A stretch of DNA of 64,000 nt from Bispira polyomma (Eukaryota). Below, one piece after another: positions 35,111-50,344 of this stretch. The stretch spans positions 57,846,001 through 57,910,000 of the forward strand of contig OZ287753.1 in assembly GCA_965649765.1 (NCBI GenBank), read 5' to 3'. The stretch's first letter is position 1; each line of letters begins with the position of its first letter. Made by a program: the position numbers and the translations under genes. The notes below the pieces were generated by a model. The model was not told where the DNA came from and did not search any database. It worked only from the letters and a program-made list of their open reading frames with translations.

Positions 35111-36739
35111 AGGGTGGTTGTGTGGCTTATGGGAGTATATATAGGGGAATACACATCTCGAGCTAATTCGTACAGGGGGAGCATTAGTTTGAAAAAAATG
35201 TGGGGGGAAATAGCAAATAGGGGTGTAGTGTGTAGTATGTGTGTGTAGATGGCAGTTTATATGTTGCCAACTGTAAGCTAGATGGCTGGATATGTGGTTG
35301 TTATAGATATTTTACCTTTATAGGGACACACAACCATACAAAGAGATCGACAGATGGGCCATAGGCACAGAAGAGAAACATGCACACAAAATACTTGAGA
35401 CACATTTTGTACCCAAGGAAGCCTCTAACCACACACATACATCCAGCCATATATGTAGACATACATGGACACAGTCACCTAGTCATTTTTATCAGGCTGC
35501 GTCTGATGTTGTTTTCATTTTGAAAAAGGCACCACCATTGAAAAGAGGGTGCCGCCATCTTAGAAATAATATATTTAAGGCATTCTTGGATTAGTTGGGA
35601 GCAATTGACCCGTCCAAACTGAGAGGAGTGACATTTGCCTGAATACCCCATCATCTTAGAAATGATATTAAAAGCCTCCATGAATTGGTTGGAAGCAATC
35701 GACCTGTACAAACTGAGCGGTGTCAGATTTTTCTCAGTATATAATGGACATATCAACGTTAAGTGGTTTCCACACTGTGTGCCTGTGTCTTTTTTAAAAA
35801 AACACAACTCTTGTTTGTACATAACAAAGCACAGACTCCTACCAAAATCACAGACATGCATCCAGCCACACAAACACACATTCTACCACCGCAAATACTC
35901 GGGAGCATATTAATATACACAACCCCCCCACCCCCGCCCCAGCTCACAGCAGATCATAGCTCATGCATCCACACAGGCACCTAGTCAGGCCATCTCTCAT
36001 ACACATCTCTACCGAACCACCACCCCCCTGGTAATGTTATTAGGGCAGAGGTCACTCCTGTACTCCCAGCTAATGCCCAGCTGTAGGGCATTATACTCCA
36101 CAACCTAGCAAAGAGGGGAGGTCTGCTTTTCACTGTGTCCTGTTCAAGGCTTATAATTGCCTGTGCTGCTCTTCCTCAAGTGTTGGCCCCCTTATACTAA
36201 TAATAATACCTGGAGAAACTGGCTTAGAAGCATAGAAGGGGCAGAGAAGTGGTGTGTTGTATAATAATAAAACCAGCCTATAAGTGGAATGCTTCTACAA
36301 GACACTTCTACTACTCTAAATATAATGTTAGTGTTGTCCAAACACAAAAGACAGCAATCTCAGTGACTGTAAATATATATGCCAATGCTATGTCTTCATT
36401 TAAGTTTAAACAAATGAACTGTATATCTATTTGAAGTCTTGCAGTATTAGTGTTATCCAAACACACAGTTTTAGTCACTGTAAATTTAAATTCTATTTTT
36501 TTTTCTTTACTAATAAACTCTTAACCTTTTAGAAATAATTTTTGGTATCAAATTTTAAAATCTAAATATATGTCTTTTAACCCCCGCATATTCAATTTTG
36601 TAAAAGAGTTTCCACTCTTGCAAAAGTAAGACTTTTATATTGGCTTAAACATTCACCTAAATGGCGAGTCATTAATATTAACCTTTGTGTTATCCAAACA
36701 AATATCTTACGCCCCTGAAAATATTTGGATCACAGCAGC

Positions 36740-39700
36740 TCTCTTATTAACGACTCATACAGACCTAGACTAATGTCAGGGACATAACTTGTCACCCCTG
36801 CTGCAAAGTCATAAAAAAACAGTCTCCTCTTGAAGTGCATTATATCCAACCTTGGGCCATAACATCAAGGTCTATAGAATAATATGTGGCCCTCGATATT
36901 TTGCCAGGCTATGAAGCTAACAAGTAGACCCAATAGATTCTCTACTACACCTTGACACTTACTTACCTTACTATATTCTGACAGGGAAATATTTTTTATT
37001 TTGTTGCTTTATCATGTTGCATAAGTGATTTCAGTTGCTAGCAATTTCAAATTTCAAGTGTCAAAGTATTCTAAAAAGTAGATTTCATACCTCTGCCAAG
37101 GTGCTAACAGTGACAAATGAAAAGTGAAAACAAATTTATTACACTTCAGTCAAACAATTATTTGAACAGTTGCAAAAACAATTTTTAGACTTGCAATATT
37201 GCACTAAATTATTTTTTGTAGATCCATGTCCTATTTTATGAAGCAAGGTTGAGTAGTCTGTTCACATGAAATTGGCCAACTTAAAGTGTTACACCAGCAG
37301 ATGGTCTGACAAGAACAGATTTGAAGGGAACAAGAAACACATGTGCATTTGCTGTTGGCAACTGGCAAACTGGCTTGATGTTTAATTGCCAAAGTACATG
37401 AACAAAATTGGATCAGGCTGGCATTACCTTGTGAATTTGAGGTGTTTTTGCTTACAAAAGAATATATATGCTAAGGTGTGGGAATTGTAAGCAACCAAAT
37501 TGTAGGTTAAGCCAAGCTCCACATTCACAAATCACAGCTATTTTAACACCCTGATTTAGGAATCATAGTAAACTTTGGCCATGCTTAGATAACATCATAG
37601 TGATTCATTAAAAATTCAGAACAAACGTAGGCTGGGTTTAACTGGTTGGTGCTACTGTCGTGGTGTGGCCGTGATTATCACTCAACCGTAGTGATTGTAT
37701 GGCAATCATGAGGGAAATCATAGATATAGGTAATCTTTGTTTTTCATGCCTTTCGTCAGAGAATTAAGAGTGTTTGTGAATCATCGTAGAGCAAATGTCA
37801 CTATTCATGAAGTAATCATAAGTATTCTTGTTATTCTTGGAGATTTTGTGACATGATCCTCCTCAAACTGCCTTCTAATTTGTTTTGTGAATTATGACAA
37901 ACACTGCGCCTGTCCTTGTATATTCTTGTCTCCACCTTACCACAAGCACACTAAACCGTAGTTATTCTTGCAATAACAAAGAACAATTCTTAAAATGGAC
38001 CTATTTGGCGCCATTTTTTTTATTTATCACTCCTCATTCTTCCGCAAATACACACAGGGTAACAAACTTGTCATCTGTAGCATCACCTTTGCAAAATTAA
38101 ACAGAACAACAATATGATAAAGCGAGGACACACTTATGAAGACTCTCCATATGGATAATGGAATGTTTTACCTGAGCTAAACACAAGGTATGAAGCCATA
38201 TAGAAAGCTGTAACACAAAACAAATACCTGCTAAAACTTATACATCATTTAGGAATATAAGTTTATTGTGCTCAGGATTACGCTTCACAATCACTGGTCT
38301 CTCACCTCTGGGCGGCGTGAGTTCGAATCCCGTCGATGCCTATGTGGGAAAGGTGGTAGTTCCTTACTGTGGGCCGCTGGTTTCTCTGCAGAACCTTAAC
38401 CGACTGTATGCAGTGTTTCCTCCAGCGTTTCCAACTACCCGTCCCAATATAACCTACTAAAAGGTACCAGAGTAGACGTTAAATATCTAAATTCAAATTC
38501 AAATTATCGTGCTCAGGAGAATCATTTATGTGTCTATTTGTAAGGCCAGGAACTTTCACTTTAGAAACCCTAGATACTATAAGAGGTTTCTAGATGGACT
38601 AATAAGCAACATTGGTCCTTTGGAGACAGATGGAAACTTTAAGAATATACAATTATACAACAAATCTGTAAGTAAGTTTGTATTTTGAGTTACAATTTAT
38701 TTGCAACACTAACCTCACTGGGGTATAAATAACAATAACATCGAAACAGCAAAACCTGTATTAAATTCACTAAATTTATATTATACTTAAGTTAAAGAAA
38801 ACATTGGTAAAGCAGAAATATGGCAATGGAGTAGCAAATGTGCAATGCATTATACTTAATGTGGTACAACCACAGGAGAGCACTGTATAGCATAGCTGTC
38901 ACAGTAGCTACAAATTCTATATATAACACAGGCTTGTATTCCACAGGGAATGTTTGAAGATATTTGGCAGACTTGGGAAGCAAGGGACTATGTCTATAAT
39001 TACCAGAGCCTGGATGTTCTGATTTGTTGGTGTGTGTGTTGTGTGTTCTAGTTGGGGGGGGGGGGGGGAGAGAGACAGGGGAAGGGAGAAATTGGTGAGA
39101 GATCTTTCTTAATAACACAGGTGCACTGGGTTGTTTGTCATTAATTAATGATATACGCAGTGTTGATAAGTCTGACTAGGGTAAGAAAGAGCTTTGTGAC
39201 CCATATCTGCCAAAAGTGAAGTAAAGCAAGATTACAATGTCAAGCTTTCATGCTGAATTATAACATCCTGTGCCAAATTACAAATCACTATTTGCATCTG
39301 CAGTACTTGCATTATCAGTTCAAACCTGGTAAATGAATGGTCACAGAATATAGGCCCTTTCCGTTAAGTAGACATTGTACAAAAAAACCTTCCTCTGATG
39401 TGAGGTTAAGTGTGAGCTTGGAGTTTCTTCTTAAGTATACCAGTTCATATGAATCTAATGGTAAGCAGAAAATCATTCAATCTGTTCAACAGACTTTTTA
39501 AAATTTCATATTATGAGAGCAAAATATATTTAACATGTTCTAATACATGTGACAATACATGTATTTACAATGTACCAATAAGATTCAACTAGGTGACAAC
39601 CCTACCTGTTAGTGGAAAAGAAGGTAAGTTTTTGAGGTCAAAGCGTTTCATCTATAATGCAAACAAGCCACCTGCTTCTGGAAATTCTTTTTTCATCAGC

Positions 39701-42700
39701 ACTTTTTTTTTAAAAGATCACCCCTAAATCAGAAACTTGACTTTTTGTGATGTAGTTTATTCTATTTTCTAGTTTGTCAAATATTCTATACATAATATAT
39801 GTCCTTATAATGCATTTTAACAAATGAATACAGATCTACACACTAGCTTTGAATGAACTTTTAATGGTACAGTTTGACATTTCATAACTTACATACTTAG
39901 TGTTGTTTTGAGTGCCACACTTTAAGAGTATGTGTTTGGGGGAGGGGTGGGGGGGGGGGGGGCTGTTGGAATATAGCCCCTGGTGTTGTTCATTTGTCTC
40001 CAGTAAAATGTAAAAAAGGCCAATGTCCTTGGTTGACATATTGTAATGATGTCATCCCTTCTTTAGAACACAAAGAAAGAGAGAGACTTCTGCAGACTTT
40101 GATCTTTGAAAACAGTCTTTGCCCCAAAGAATAGATGGCTCTGATTTGAGGGCTGGGGTAACATGTCCCAATTTAGTGGCTGAAACTGGTTAAACCTGAT
40201 TCTTTTAAAGTAGTAAAAAAGTGAGTGCTGACACTACTTCATAATAATAGCCAAAAGACGATATCAAATACGAATATTTTCCTTAACAACCTATTACATA
40301 GACTCCAAAGGTCAAGCATTTAATCGGAGTTTTTGGTTTGCAATGAACACAATAAAACCACATGCATCGGCGGTACACCGCTTGATATAGTGCTTGCCTT
40401 GTGGTAGTCTGCAAACTACCTAACTAATCTACAATACATTCAAGACACCACAAGAAAACACCACAGCTTTCACCATCTTAAACAACTACTACTCCTGTTT
40501 TGAAAAATAAAGTAAACATTTTGTGTAACATAAAATGCAATGTCAATCTCCTTTATGGACTATTAATCTTGCTTGTTCTGACCCCATGGGAACCAATTTA
40601 AACACAAAACAAATCAGGAATAAAGTTTCTATTCATGGTCCTTAATGAGGCCCAGGTGTGTTTTATACACATTAGGCCCTCAAATCCCTGTTTTATTGTG
40701 CAAGTACACAAGTATAGATTACAAGTAAAATTAGCAAGCTACTCTTTAAACTGGTTCCCCTTAAAATAACTGACAAGACTAAAAAAGAAATCCATTGATC
40801 TTTGATAAAAAGAACCTTGCCATGTCGATTGTACATGGTTCCTCAATTTAATGTCAAACAATTGCTGTAGTTTGTAAGTACATGTATAATGCCAATTAAT
40901 TTACATTGTTAAAACTTGCATACTTAGACAAGAATAGTACAAAAAGACCTGAACAAAGGTGGTCCCAATATGGAGGGTTCCAAAAGAAAACAAATCATAC
41001 TCCAGGCAGTAGTTTTCTAACAAACAAGTAACAGAGATAAAAAATATACATTTTTGTTTTTTTTCTAACAACAGTTGTTAGTAACTTTAATTGTCTGCAA
41101 TTTATCCCCATCCTTTAGTTATGTTAACAAGTAGTTTACTTTTAAAGAAAAATGTCATAATCAGCAAAATATATCTTTGAAAAACCCCTTCTTCTTTGAA
41201 CAAACAAGAATCAGTCACAGATATTCTCCTCCTGTTCTGTGTATTTACTCTGTGTGTTTACATTTTGCCTGACAAAAAAATCCAATACCATGACTTAGTA
41301 CTACTGTGACAATAACCTCCCAGATATAATGGCTCAAGCCGTGAAAAACAAAGAAGATGCCACAATTTTACAGCTGTACTAAGCGCCTCGGTGAATACTA
41401 AGACGGAAAACATCTGTGTCTAATAACATTTTTTTTCTCCTCGATTTTGAGAACATAATAAGCAACAGTATCTAAAATGTTGATGAGATAATAACACAGG
41501 AAAATTTAGTCATATTTGAAATTTTAAAAAGGTAACAAAAAGTTATATTTTAGTGGGTTGTAACTTGTGGGATGAGTCCCTAAATGCTGGAGGTCTTGCA
41601 CAGCATACCAAATGATTGTTGTGACTCTAAAGGTTAATGACTATTCCGAGAAAAATTGGTTTAGTGATGACTGAACAGTTTAGTAGTGATCCTGAGCAAT
41701 AAATAAATCCAATATGCACTAGATACTGCTACTAGCACTCTATAAATAAATTACAGAGTTAATGTCTGGTCTATGTACCCCCATTCCCCCTCCCCCGAGG
41801 TCTCTTTGCTTGGTCAGGGACCTCTGTTATTGTCACAACCACTGTAGTGTCAGAAAATCAAAGCTAAGGTTTCCCTGAAATCTATATGTTTGAGGATTTC
41901 TGATTGTTCTCAAGTAATAAACTACTCTGTGTATATGTCAGTGTTTATTTATCTTTAATAATGGGTTCTACAAATTTGCTGTGACAAAACATTGGAGGTT
42001 CTCATACCTTTTCAGAAAGATGTAGGGCCCTATCAAACTGTCGGACTAGAAAAAGCCTAGTGTTTGTCATGTATAATTAATTATTCAGAAGTACTCTGAA
42101 TGCTTTTAAGCGTAGGTTTCAACTGCACTCATTCATGTTAATACTATAATACCTATATGCAGTTCTTGTCGTTTTTAGATCAAAGACTGTTACGAGACAT
42201 TTAGTGCACAAGGTCTTTTGTCTAGAGGGTTTTAGGCAAAGTACAAGAGGTGTACTATGGCAAATGGTTTACAGATGCTTAGAGCAACAATAGATAATAT
42301 GGATACTAATTTTATATTAAAAATCTTCGACAGGTGATGTAGTTATACAGGAAACTGAAGAAACCCTTACTTAGAGTGTTCAGTTAAACTATAGCATGTA
42401 TATTAATGTACCATCCAGCACATTTCTAAACCCTGGTTGTAAATGGCCTTGGATGGTAAATTCTAGGAAACCAAAACCAACCTATAAATCTCTGTTATGT
42501 TATATGACACTTTAATTCATGGACTTTAACAATGAATATCCATATAGACAAGCTTTTGTACGTTACTAAACTCTTAGGTTTAAGAATGCCACACATTACT
42601 CACCTTCAAGACGAGAAAGCTATTGGAGAAAATCTACAAATTTTTGTATCTTTATTAGTCCTTGTGGCCTAATATCTTATTGTCAATTATTACTTAAAAC

Positions 42701-43320
42701 ATTACTTTATAATTTTATACATTGCATGTGCTGTACCAGTAGAAATTTTCACTGAGAAGTAATTTTATCTATATTTCCAGTGCACATTTGCTTGCCGTAT
42801 TGCATATCTAATCAATTTAAGGCTACTTTTAGAAAAGACCATAAAGATCCTCACTGTGAAAACAGACATATATCACCCCATGTCTCTTCACTAATAGCAT
42901 CAACAATATGGCACCTACAGCCATATGTTCATGACGGCTATTGTTGTTTGAGCTTGTGGCAAGGTCAAGGACTTGGAGGCTATTAGCGGCACTTGTTCTG
43001 CAGCAAGGCAAGTGGTAATAAAATACTGCTGGTGTTCTGATTAATCCTATTGTTGTAGGTTCCATTTGAAATAAGGTCGCCCTCACCCCTATACATTGTC
43101 TAGTCTCACATGCAAACACTTAATCTGTGCTCGTTGGAAAGGTTATTTACTATACAGCTTCACTGACTATAGAGATATATGCGCATACCATTTTTTTTTT
43201 ATTGTAATAATGAAATGGAAACCTATTTGAAGTCCTGCTATCCGAGCAAATATCTTGCTCAAATGAGGTATTAGAATAACAAAGTTTCTTATTTTAATGA
43301 GATGTGTAGGGGTGTATAGA
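36740..43320 (+). repeat. Tandem segmental duplication 2, unit 1 (~6.6 kb)
   Basis: Anchors: 36780 ~43332; 37370 ~43988; 38860 ~45090; 39630 ~45572; 39978 ~45896; 40460 ~46503; 41200 ~48870; 42110 ~49945; 42650 ~50810; 42990 ~51270. Confidence 0.85.
38278..38503 (+). mobile_element. 5'-truncated SINE family 1
   Basis: Near-identical to other copies; TSD TTAT(T/C)GTGCTCAGGA at 38263-38277 and 38504-38518. Confidence 0.92.
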
Positions 43321-46300
43321 CATAACCTGTAGGGACATGACCTGTCGCCCCTGCTGCTAAAACGCAGTCTCCCTTTAAAGTACATTCTATCCAATCCTGG
43401 TTATAACATGAAGGATTACAGAATACATTGTGCCCCCCTCCCCCTATTTATCCAGGCTACGTCATCTAGTTGGTGAACACAGTAGATGTTTTACTTCACT
43501 TCGACATTTGTATGATATCATATTTTGGCAGCTAAATGTTGGGTTTTTTTTCTTTTGTATGATGCAATAGTGATAACAGTTATATCAATTCCAAAGTCTA
43601 ATTATTGCAAAGGCTTAAGAAGTGTTAGTACTTGAATGGCCGTCAGTAGACTGCATACCTTCACTAAGGTGACACAATACCAAAAGATCCATACTTCTAC
43701 CATAGTATGCTCCAATATTGCTATTATGTAAATGAGTTCATTAGTTTTGTGCAATTTTCATGACAAACAATCGAATCTAGCAAAAACATCATTTTCAGTT
43801 AATAATATTAAATCTACTGCATTTGTTTTCTATACTGAAAAAGCCAATAGCCAAAGTCTATGCAAGTGGCCTGAATCAAAGGGCCAGTAATATGAAGTTA
43901 GGTGTGGGTTGTTGTAGCCTTAAACGGTTGTACCAGCATATGGTATGCCAAGACCATAACTGAAGGGACCACGAAACATGTGGTGGCTGGTTTGATGTTT
44001 AATTACCAAAATACATGAGTGATATTAGATCTAGCTCGTATTACCTTGTGGACTATTTATTTAACAAATTAATATCTGCTGAGGTGTAGAAATTGTAAGC
44101 AACCAATTGTGTGCTTGGGTCTCACATTCATAAATTAGAGCTAGAGTTAACCCTGATTGAACACTAATGGTAAACCTCGACTATTCTTAAATAAAACCAT
44201 CCATGAAGAGCACTGAATGACTTTTGGTATTCAGCTTTAATGAGCCAGTGCTATGGTTGTATTGTGGCCATGAATAAGTCTTCGTAACTAATCCTTATTT
44301 TATGTGCATTTCCGTAAGGATGCATCAGTATTTGTGGCTTTTCGTAATTCAATTGCTGCATGCTTATCATGAGGTAATTGTGATTATTCTTGTTTAATCA
44401 TTTATAATTTTCATACAATCTTACAATCTCCAAATTCCCTTATAATTTGTGTGAATTGCAATGAAAAACGTGCCTGTCATTGACTAATCCTATCCCACTT
44501 TGTTGCACAAGACAATATGTATTCTTGCAGTACCAACCCCCACCCCCCACACCCACCCCACCCACACCCTAAAAAAAGACAAACAAACAATTTTAAAACC
44601 CTACCTAGCTGACGCCATGTTGACACCTGAGACACCATGTTGACTATTCCCCCTTTAACAAATATAAATGATTTAGCAAACTTGTAATCTCTGGTCTGAT
44701 TCTTAATACAAAAATAAACGTACACATAATTTGAGAGTCTATATGGATCTGCTAAGGATACTTAGAAAGCTTTATGGGTTGAACCATAAGGCCACGAATT
44801 TGTGATTCAGATAATCTAGATACTAAAAGGTTTCTACATAGATCAACCCAGTGTTCCTTAGAAGAGATATGAAACATTCAATGTTAAAATTAAACAACAA
44901 ATCTAGTAATAATAACGCCGTTGATAGGAGTGTAGGTACATGTTAAAAACAATTAAAATAAAATACCCATTAAAGTATCAATACCAAAAACATTAACAAC
45001 GATTTCAATTTTTCTAAAATTAAGTAAAACAGACTATAGCAGTGGTGTAGCATATATACAATGCATTATACTTTTTTATACTTATTAGGGTACAACCACA
45101 GAAGAGACATCTAAACTAATTGTCACAGAAGCCACAATTCTACACAAAACAGGCTTGTAATCCACAGGGAATGTTTAAAGATGTTGAGCAGACTTGCAAA
45201 ACAAGTGTTGGTGTCTATAACAGCCAGGATGTTCCGATTTGTAGGATTGTGTGTGGGTACTGAGGGGGGCGGAAGCAGCAGAGATGAATTGGCTGAAATC
45301 TTTTTCTTAATGACACAGGTGCACTAGGAGTTGTCTGTCATTAATTATTGATATATACATATGTTAATGAGTCGTAGATAACCGTATAAGCACCCACATG
45401 ACTGGGGTAATAAGTCTATTTTTATGCATAATTATGAAACATTTGTTGAAGAGCCACCAATAAAACTACCCAGCGCTATGAGATTCTATATTTTAAATAA
45501 TTTAGTAGGAAAATTGACTCAATCTGGAGTTAAACTGGGTCTACTAATGGAAGAGAAAAGCTAAGTCCAAGTTTTTGAGGGTAAAGCTTTTCATCTATAA
45601 TGCAAACAAGCCACATGTTTCTCGAGATTCTTTTTCAATCAGTATTTCTTTTGAAAAAAGAATACCTCCAAACCAGAAACTCAACTTTGTGTGATGTAGT
45701 TTGTTCTACTTTAGATAATGTGGATGTCCTTTTAGTCCATGTTAACAAAGGAACCTGAATACAAATCTACTCCATATTTTAAATGAAGTTTTAATGCTAC
45801 AGTTTGACATTTCATGACTAACATACTTACTATTGTTCTCAGTACCAGCCTTAGAGTATGTGTATGTGTGGGGCGGGCTCTTGGAGTAAATATGGACCCT
45901 GGTGTTGTTCATTTGTCTCCAGTAAAATTTAAAAAAAGCCAATGTCCTTGGTTGACATATTGTAATGATGTCATCCCTCCTTTAGAACACAAAGAGAGAA
46001 GGAGACGTCTGCAGACTTTAATTTTTGGAAACAGTCATTTGTCCTCCTAAGAAAAGATGGCTCTGATTTGAGGGCTGGGTAACAGGTCCCAATTTAATGA
46101 CCAAAAAAAATGGTTAAACCTGATTCTTTAAAAGGCAGTAAATAAGTGAGTGTTGAGATTACTTGATAATATTACTTAATAATATTATCCAAAAGACGAT
46201 ATCTAAAAGGAATACTTTTCATAACACCCAATTACTAAGTCTCTAAAAGGTCTTTGCAAACCAGAGCAAGGCGAGAACCAGCAAAGTAAGTCAACATTTT

Positions 46301-46599
46301 AGAAACCTAATATATGTGGACAATCCTAATTTGTCCCAAATGAAGAAATATGGAAATAGCAGCATTTAATCTGAATGTTAGATTTTGCAATGACAGCAAA
46401 GAAATGACTTGCATCGCCAGTACACCACTTGCTGGTACTTGCCTTGTGGTAGTCTGCAGCAAACTACTCAGCTACACTGCAATACGTTCAGGACAAGAAA
46501 CTACAGCTTTCACCATCTTTAACAATCGCTTTTTAGTCTTAAAAATAAATACAAACTTTTTATGAATATAAAATGTCAATCTCATTAAGGAGGAATGAT

Positions 46600-48640
46600 T
46601 TTGCTCATGCTTATTATTGACAATCAACTCCAGTGTACCTGTGTTATTAAGAAAGATCTTTTAGCAATTTTTCTCTGCCCCCTTTTCCCCTTATAACCCA
46701 CACAGACTCAACTACAAATCAGACAATCTGGAATCCTGGTTACATGCAGTTACAGACAGAAACACTTGTTTTCCAAGTCTTGTCAACATATATTCAACCC
46801 TTTACTGTGGATAACAAGACTGTGCTGTGTAAGATTGTGGCTTCTGTGACAATTAGTTCAGAGGTCTCTCCTGTGGTTGTATCTCATTATAAGCATAATG
46901 CATTCTCTACTTGCTACATCACTGCCATAACCTGTGTTACCTAAATTTATAAGAATTAAAATTTGTCCTTTTGTTTTTAGTATTGATATTTTAATAGGTA
47001 TTCCCCTAGGCAATTTGGGTAAAGATTGCATGCAAATTATAAACGAAGAATACTCATGATTACCTCATAATGAGCAGCAATCAATTTTCAAAAATTCACA
47101 AAGATCAAGATATCCCTATGGAAAAGCACAAATAATGAAGATCACTTACAAATTTTCTCACAATTGCCACATGATCAGTATGGTATACTACATTTGGACA
47201 TATTCATAACCACACTACAACCATAGCACTGGCTGATTAAAGCTGAATACCATACAAATCAAGAATGACCGAGGTTTACTATAGTGCTCAATTAGGGTTA
47301 ACTGTAGCTCTAATTCTTGAATGAGGGACCCAATCAATCACAATTGGTTGCTCTCAATTCCCACACCCTAGCAGATATTGCTTTGTTGAATAAACAACGC
47401 ACTAGGTAATACTAGCTAGATCTGATATCACTCATATACTACTGCAATTAGACATCAAACCAGTCAGTCAGCAACGATATGGTTCTTGTTCCCTTCAAAT
47501 ATGGTCTTGTCATACAATATGCAGGTACAACGGTTTTAGGCTTCAACAACCCGCACCTCAATTCATATTACTGGCCCTTTGATTTAGGCTACCTACAAAC
47601 ACTTTGCCTGTTGAGCAGCATTACTTTCAGTGTACAAAGCAAATACACTATATCCAATATTAGTAACTCCGACAATGATATTTTTGCTAAAAATGGATGT
47701 TTTCATTCAAGAATGACCAAGGTTTATTATAATTTCTCAGGGATAACTGTAGTTTTAATTCTAATTGAATGTGGGCTTAACACACCATTGGTGGCTTACA
47801 ATTTCCCCACCTTAACTGGTATTGTTTAGTTAAATAAAAAGTTCACAAGGTAATACCAGCTAGATAAAATTCTACTTTTGCACTTCGGCAATTGGACATC
47901 AAACCAGTTTAGTAGTTGCAACTGTTCGTGTTTCTTGTTCCCTCCAAGTCTATTTTTGACAAACCATATAATTGTGCAACAGCTTAAGGCTTAGATATGC
48001 AATACAGCAAGCAAATGTATACAGGAAATAGAGCTAAAATTACTTCTTAGTGAAAATTTCCACTGATACAGCACATGTCTGTAATTTTTAAAATAATAAA
48101 ATAATGTATATATTGAACCATAATTGACATGGCATGAGATATTAGGTCAAAAGGACTAATAAAAATACAATGATGTGTCGATTTCCCCTAATAGATTTAT
48201 ACAGCTTTCCAGTCTTAAAGGTAAATAATGTCTGGCATTTAAAACTGTTCAAACTTAGTTTTGTAACCTACAAAAGGTTGTCTATATGGATATATATCAT
48301 TAAAATCCAATAATTAATGTGTTATAAAATATAACACAGACGTTAAAAGGCTTGTCCAGATCTCAGTTGTTGGTTTGGTTTCCAATGTAATTTACCCCAG
48401 GATTTAGAAAAGGTGCTGGATGGTACATTAAAATACATGCTACAGCTTGACGGAACACTCAAAGTAAGGCTTTCTTCAGTTTCCTGTATAACTACATCAC
48501 CTGTCAAAGATTTTTAATGTAAAATTAGGTTTTAGGAATCTGCATCCAGGTAAAGATAATAAAAAGTGACTGTAACAATAATAATATGATGAGCATTCCA
48601 ATAATATTCACAATGAAATAAAAGTAACCTTCCTGGAATT
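46600..48640 (-). repeat. Inverted partial third copy of duplication 2
   Basis: Reverse-complement matches: 46615-46940 to 38810-39145 and 45025-45345; 47030-47690 to 43780-44390; 47790-47990 to 37280-37500; 48000-48530 to 42310-42800. Confidence 0.8.
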
Positions 48641-50161
48641 AATAAGATGGTATATTTATGGAGGGTTCAAAAGAAAGCAAATCTTGTTCACAGCAGTAAG
48701 TTTCTAACATACTAGTTACAGAGATGTCAATATACATTGTTACAAGACCAGCTATTTAAGTAAAAATGTTTTAAACTCATGATTTAGTTATCTTAACAAA
48801 TAGTTTACTTTAAAAAAATAATGTCATATAATCAACAAAACATATCTTTCAAAAACTGTTCCCTTTTAAACAAACAAGAATCAGTCACAGATATTCTCTT
48901 TCAGTTCTGTGTATTTGCTCTGTTGTTTACATTTTCCCTGACAAAGAAATCCAATACCATGATGACTTAGTACTAATGTGACAATAACCTCCCGGATATA
49001 GCTCAGGGAGGCTCATGTCAGGGAAAAACAAAGACTCCACAATTTTACAGCTGTACTCAGCGACTCGGTGAATACTGAGACGAAAAACATCTGTGTCTAT
49101 ACATTTCCTTATTCTCTTCGATTTTGTAAACACAAAAAGCAACAATCGCCAGCATTTTGATAAGAAAATAAGATATGAAATTTAAGTCATTTATCGAAAT
49201 TTGAAACTTGACAATGATTTTTGCAGTGACTTTTAAAACCACATAAATATCTTTCGGTGAGGTTGTATTTAGGGGGCAGTTACTTCCTGCCTGAGTCCAT
49301 TAATGTTGCAGCCCTCCCACAGCTGCTCCCCCACACTCACATACACACATACCCACTGATTGTTGTGACTGGGGTTAATGACTATACTGGGAAAAGGGGG
49401 CTTTAATGATAACTGAATAGTAGTAATCCTGAGAAAAGTCCAATATATACTGAGTACTGCTACTAGCACTCTATAAATAAGACAGAAACTTTATGTCTGG
49501 GTCTAGGTTCCTGATAAATAATGTACTGTTTATTTTGTGTGAGTGCATATGGGCTAGTTTTAGCAAGAGTCGTCAGGTCTATTGTTACACGTGAATATAC
49601 ACAAAATTTAATAACAATATCTGGGGTCAGAAAATCAAAGCTCTGAACTGTGGGGCTCTGTTCCTAATAGATATATATATATGAGGGTACCTATGACTGT
49701 TTCCTGTACACTTAGAGCTTGTTTAAGAGTTAGGTAATAGACTTTGCTACATGTCAGTGACAACTTGGCTTGATTATTAATGGATTCTACAAAATGACTG
49801 TGACAAAACAAATAGAGATTCTGATACCTATTCAGAAAGATTTGAGACTCTTATCAAACTGCCTGAACAGAAAAATAACTCCAACATTATGTCAGTTGCC
49901 ATGCATAATGAATTCGTTAGAAATCAGTGTTTTTTTTACATAAGTTTCAACTGCACTCATTCGTGTTAATACTATAGTATGTGTGAGTGTAATATCTAGT
50001 TGTTGGTTTTAGATTGAAACAAAAAACCTCAAAGACTGTGTTACAGAACCAGGCCTTTAATATATTGTTGGGTGTTTTAAGAGTACACGTAGTGTAGCAG
50101 AGGATCAAGTGTTCATAAATCTCTAGAACAACAATGGGTGTTGGTTTTTGGTCACACTAAT

Positions 50162-50344
50162 GGGCTTTACAGACCGTCCATGACACGACATTACATAAAA
50201 CAAGACAGCATATATCGATTATTCAGGTAAAACAAGACAGTATATATTGATTATTCAGACTGGTCCCAGCACAACACTACAGGACACTGAAATTGGCCTT
50301 GAAGAAATCTTGTTGTGTCGTGTCGTGATTGGTCTGTAAAGCCC
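50162..50344. mobile_element. Short MITE, possibly PIF/Harbinger-like
   Basis: TIRs GGGCTTTACAGACC....ATGACACGACA / TGTCGTGTCGT....GGTCTGTAAAGCCC; absent from paralogous unit 1. Confidence 0.75.

Noticed and set aside
35475-35984. Overlapping ORFs and YY1-like GCCGCCATCTT
   Set aside because: The ORFs are low-complexity with non-ATG starts; the motif is common in transposon relics and cannot be assigned a function.
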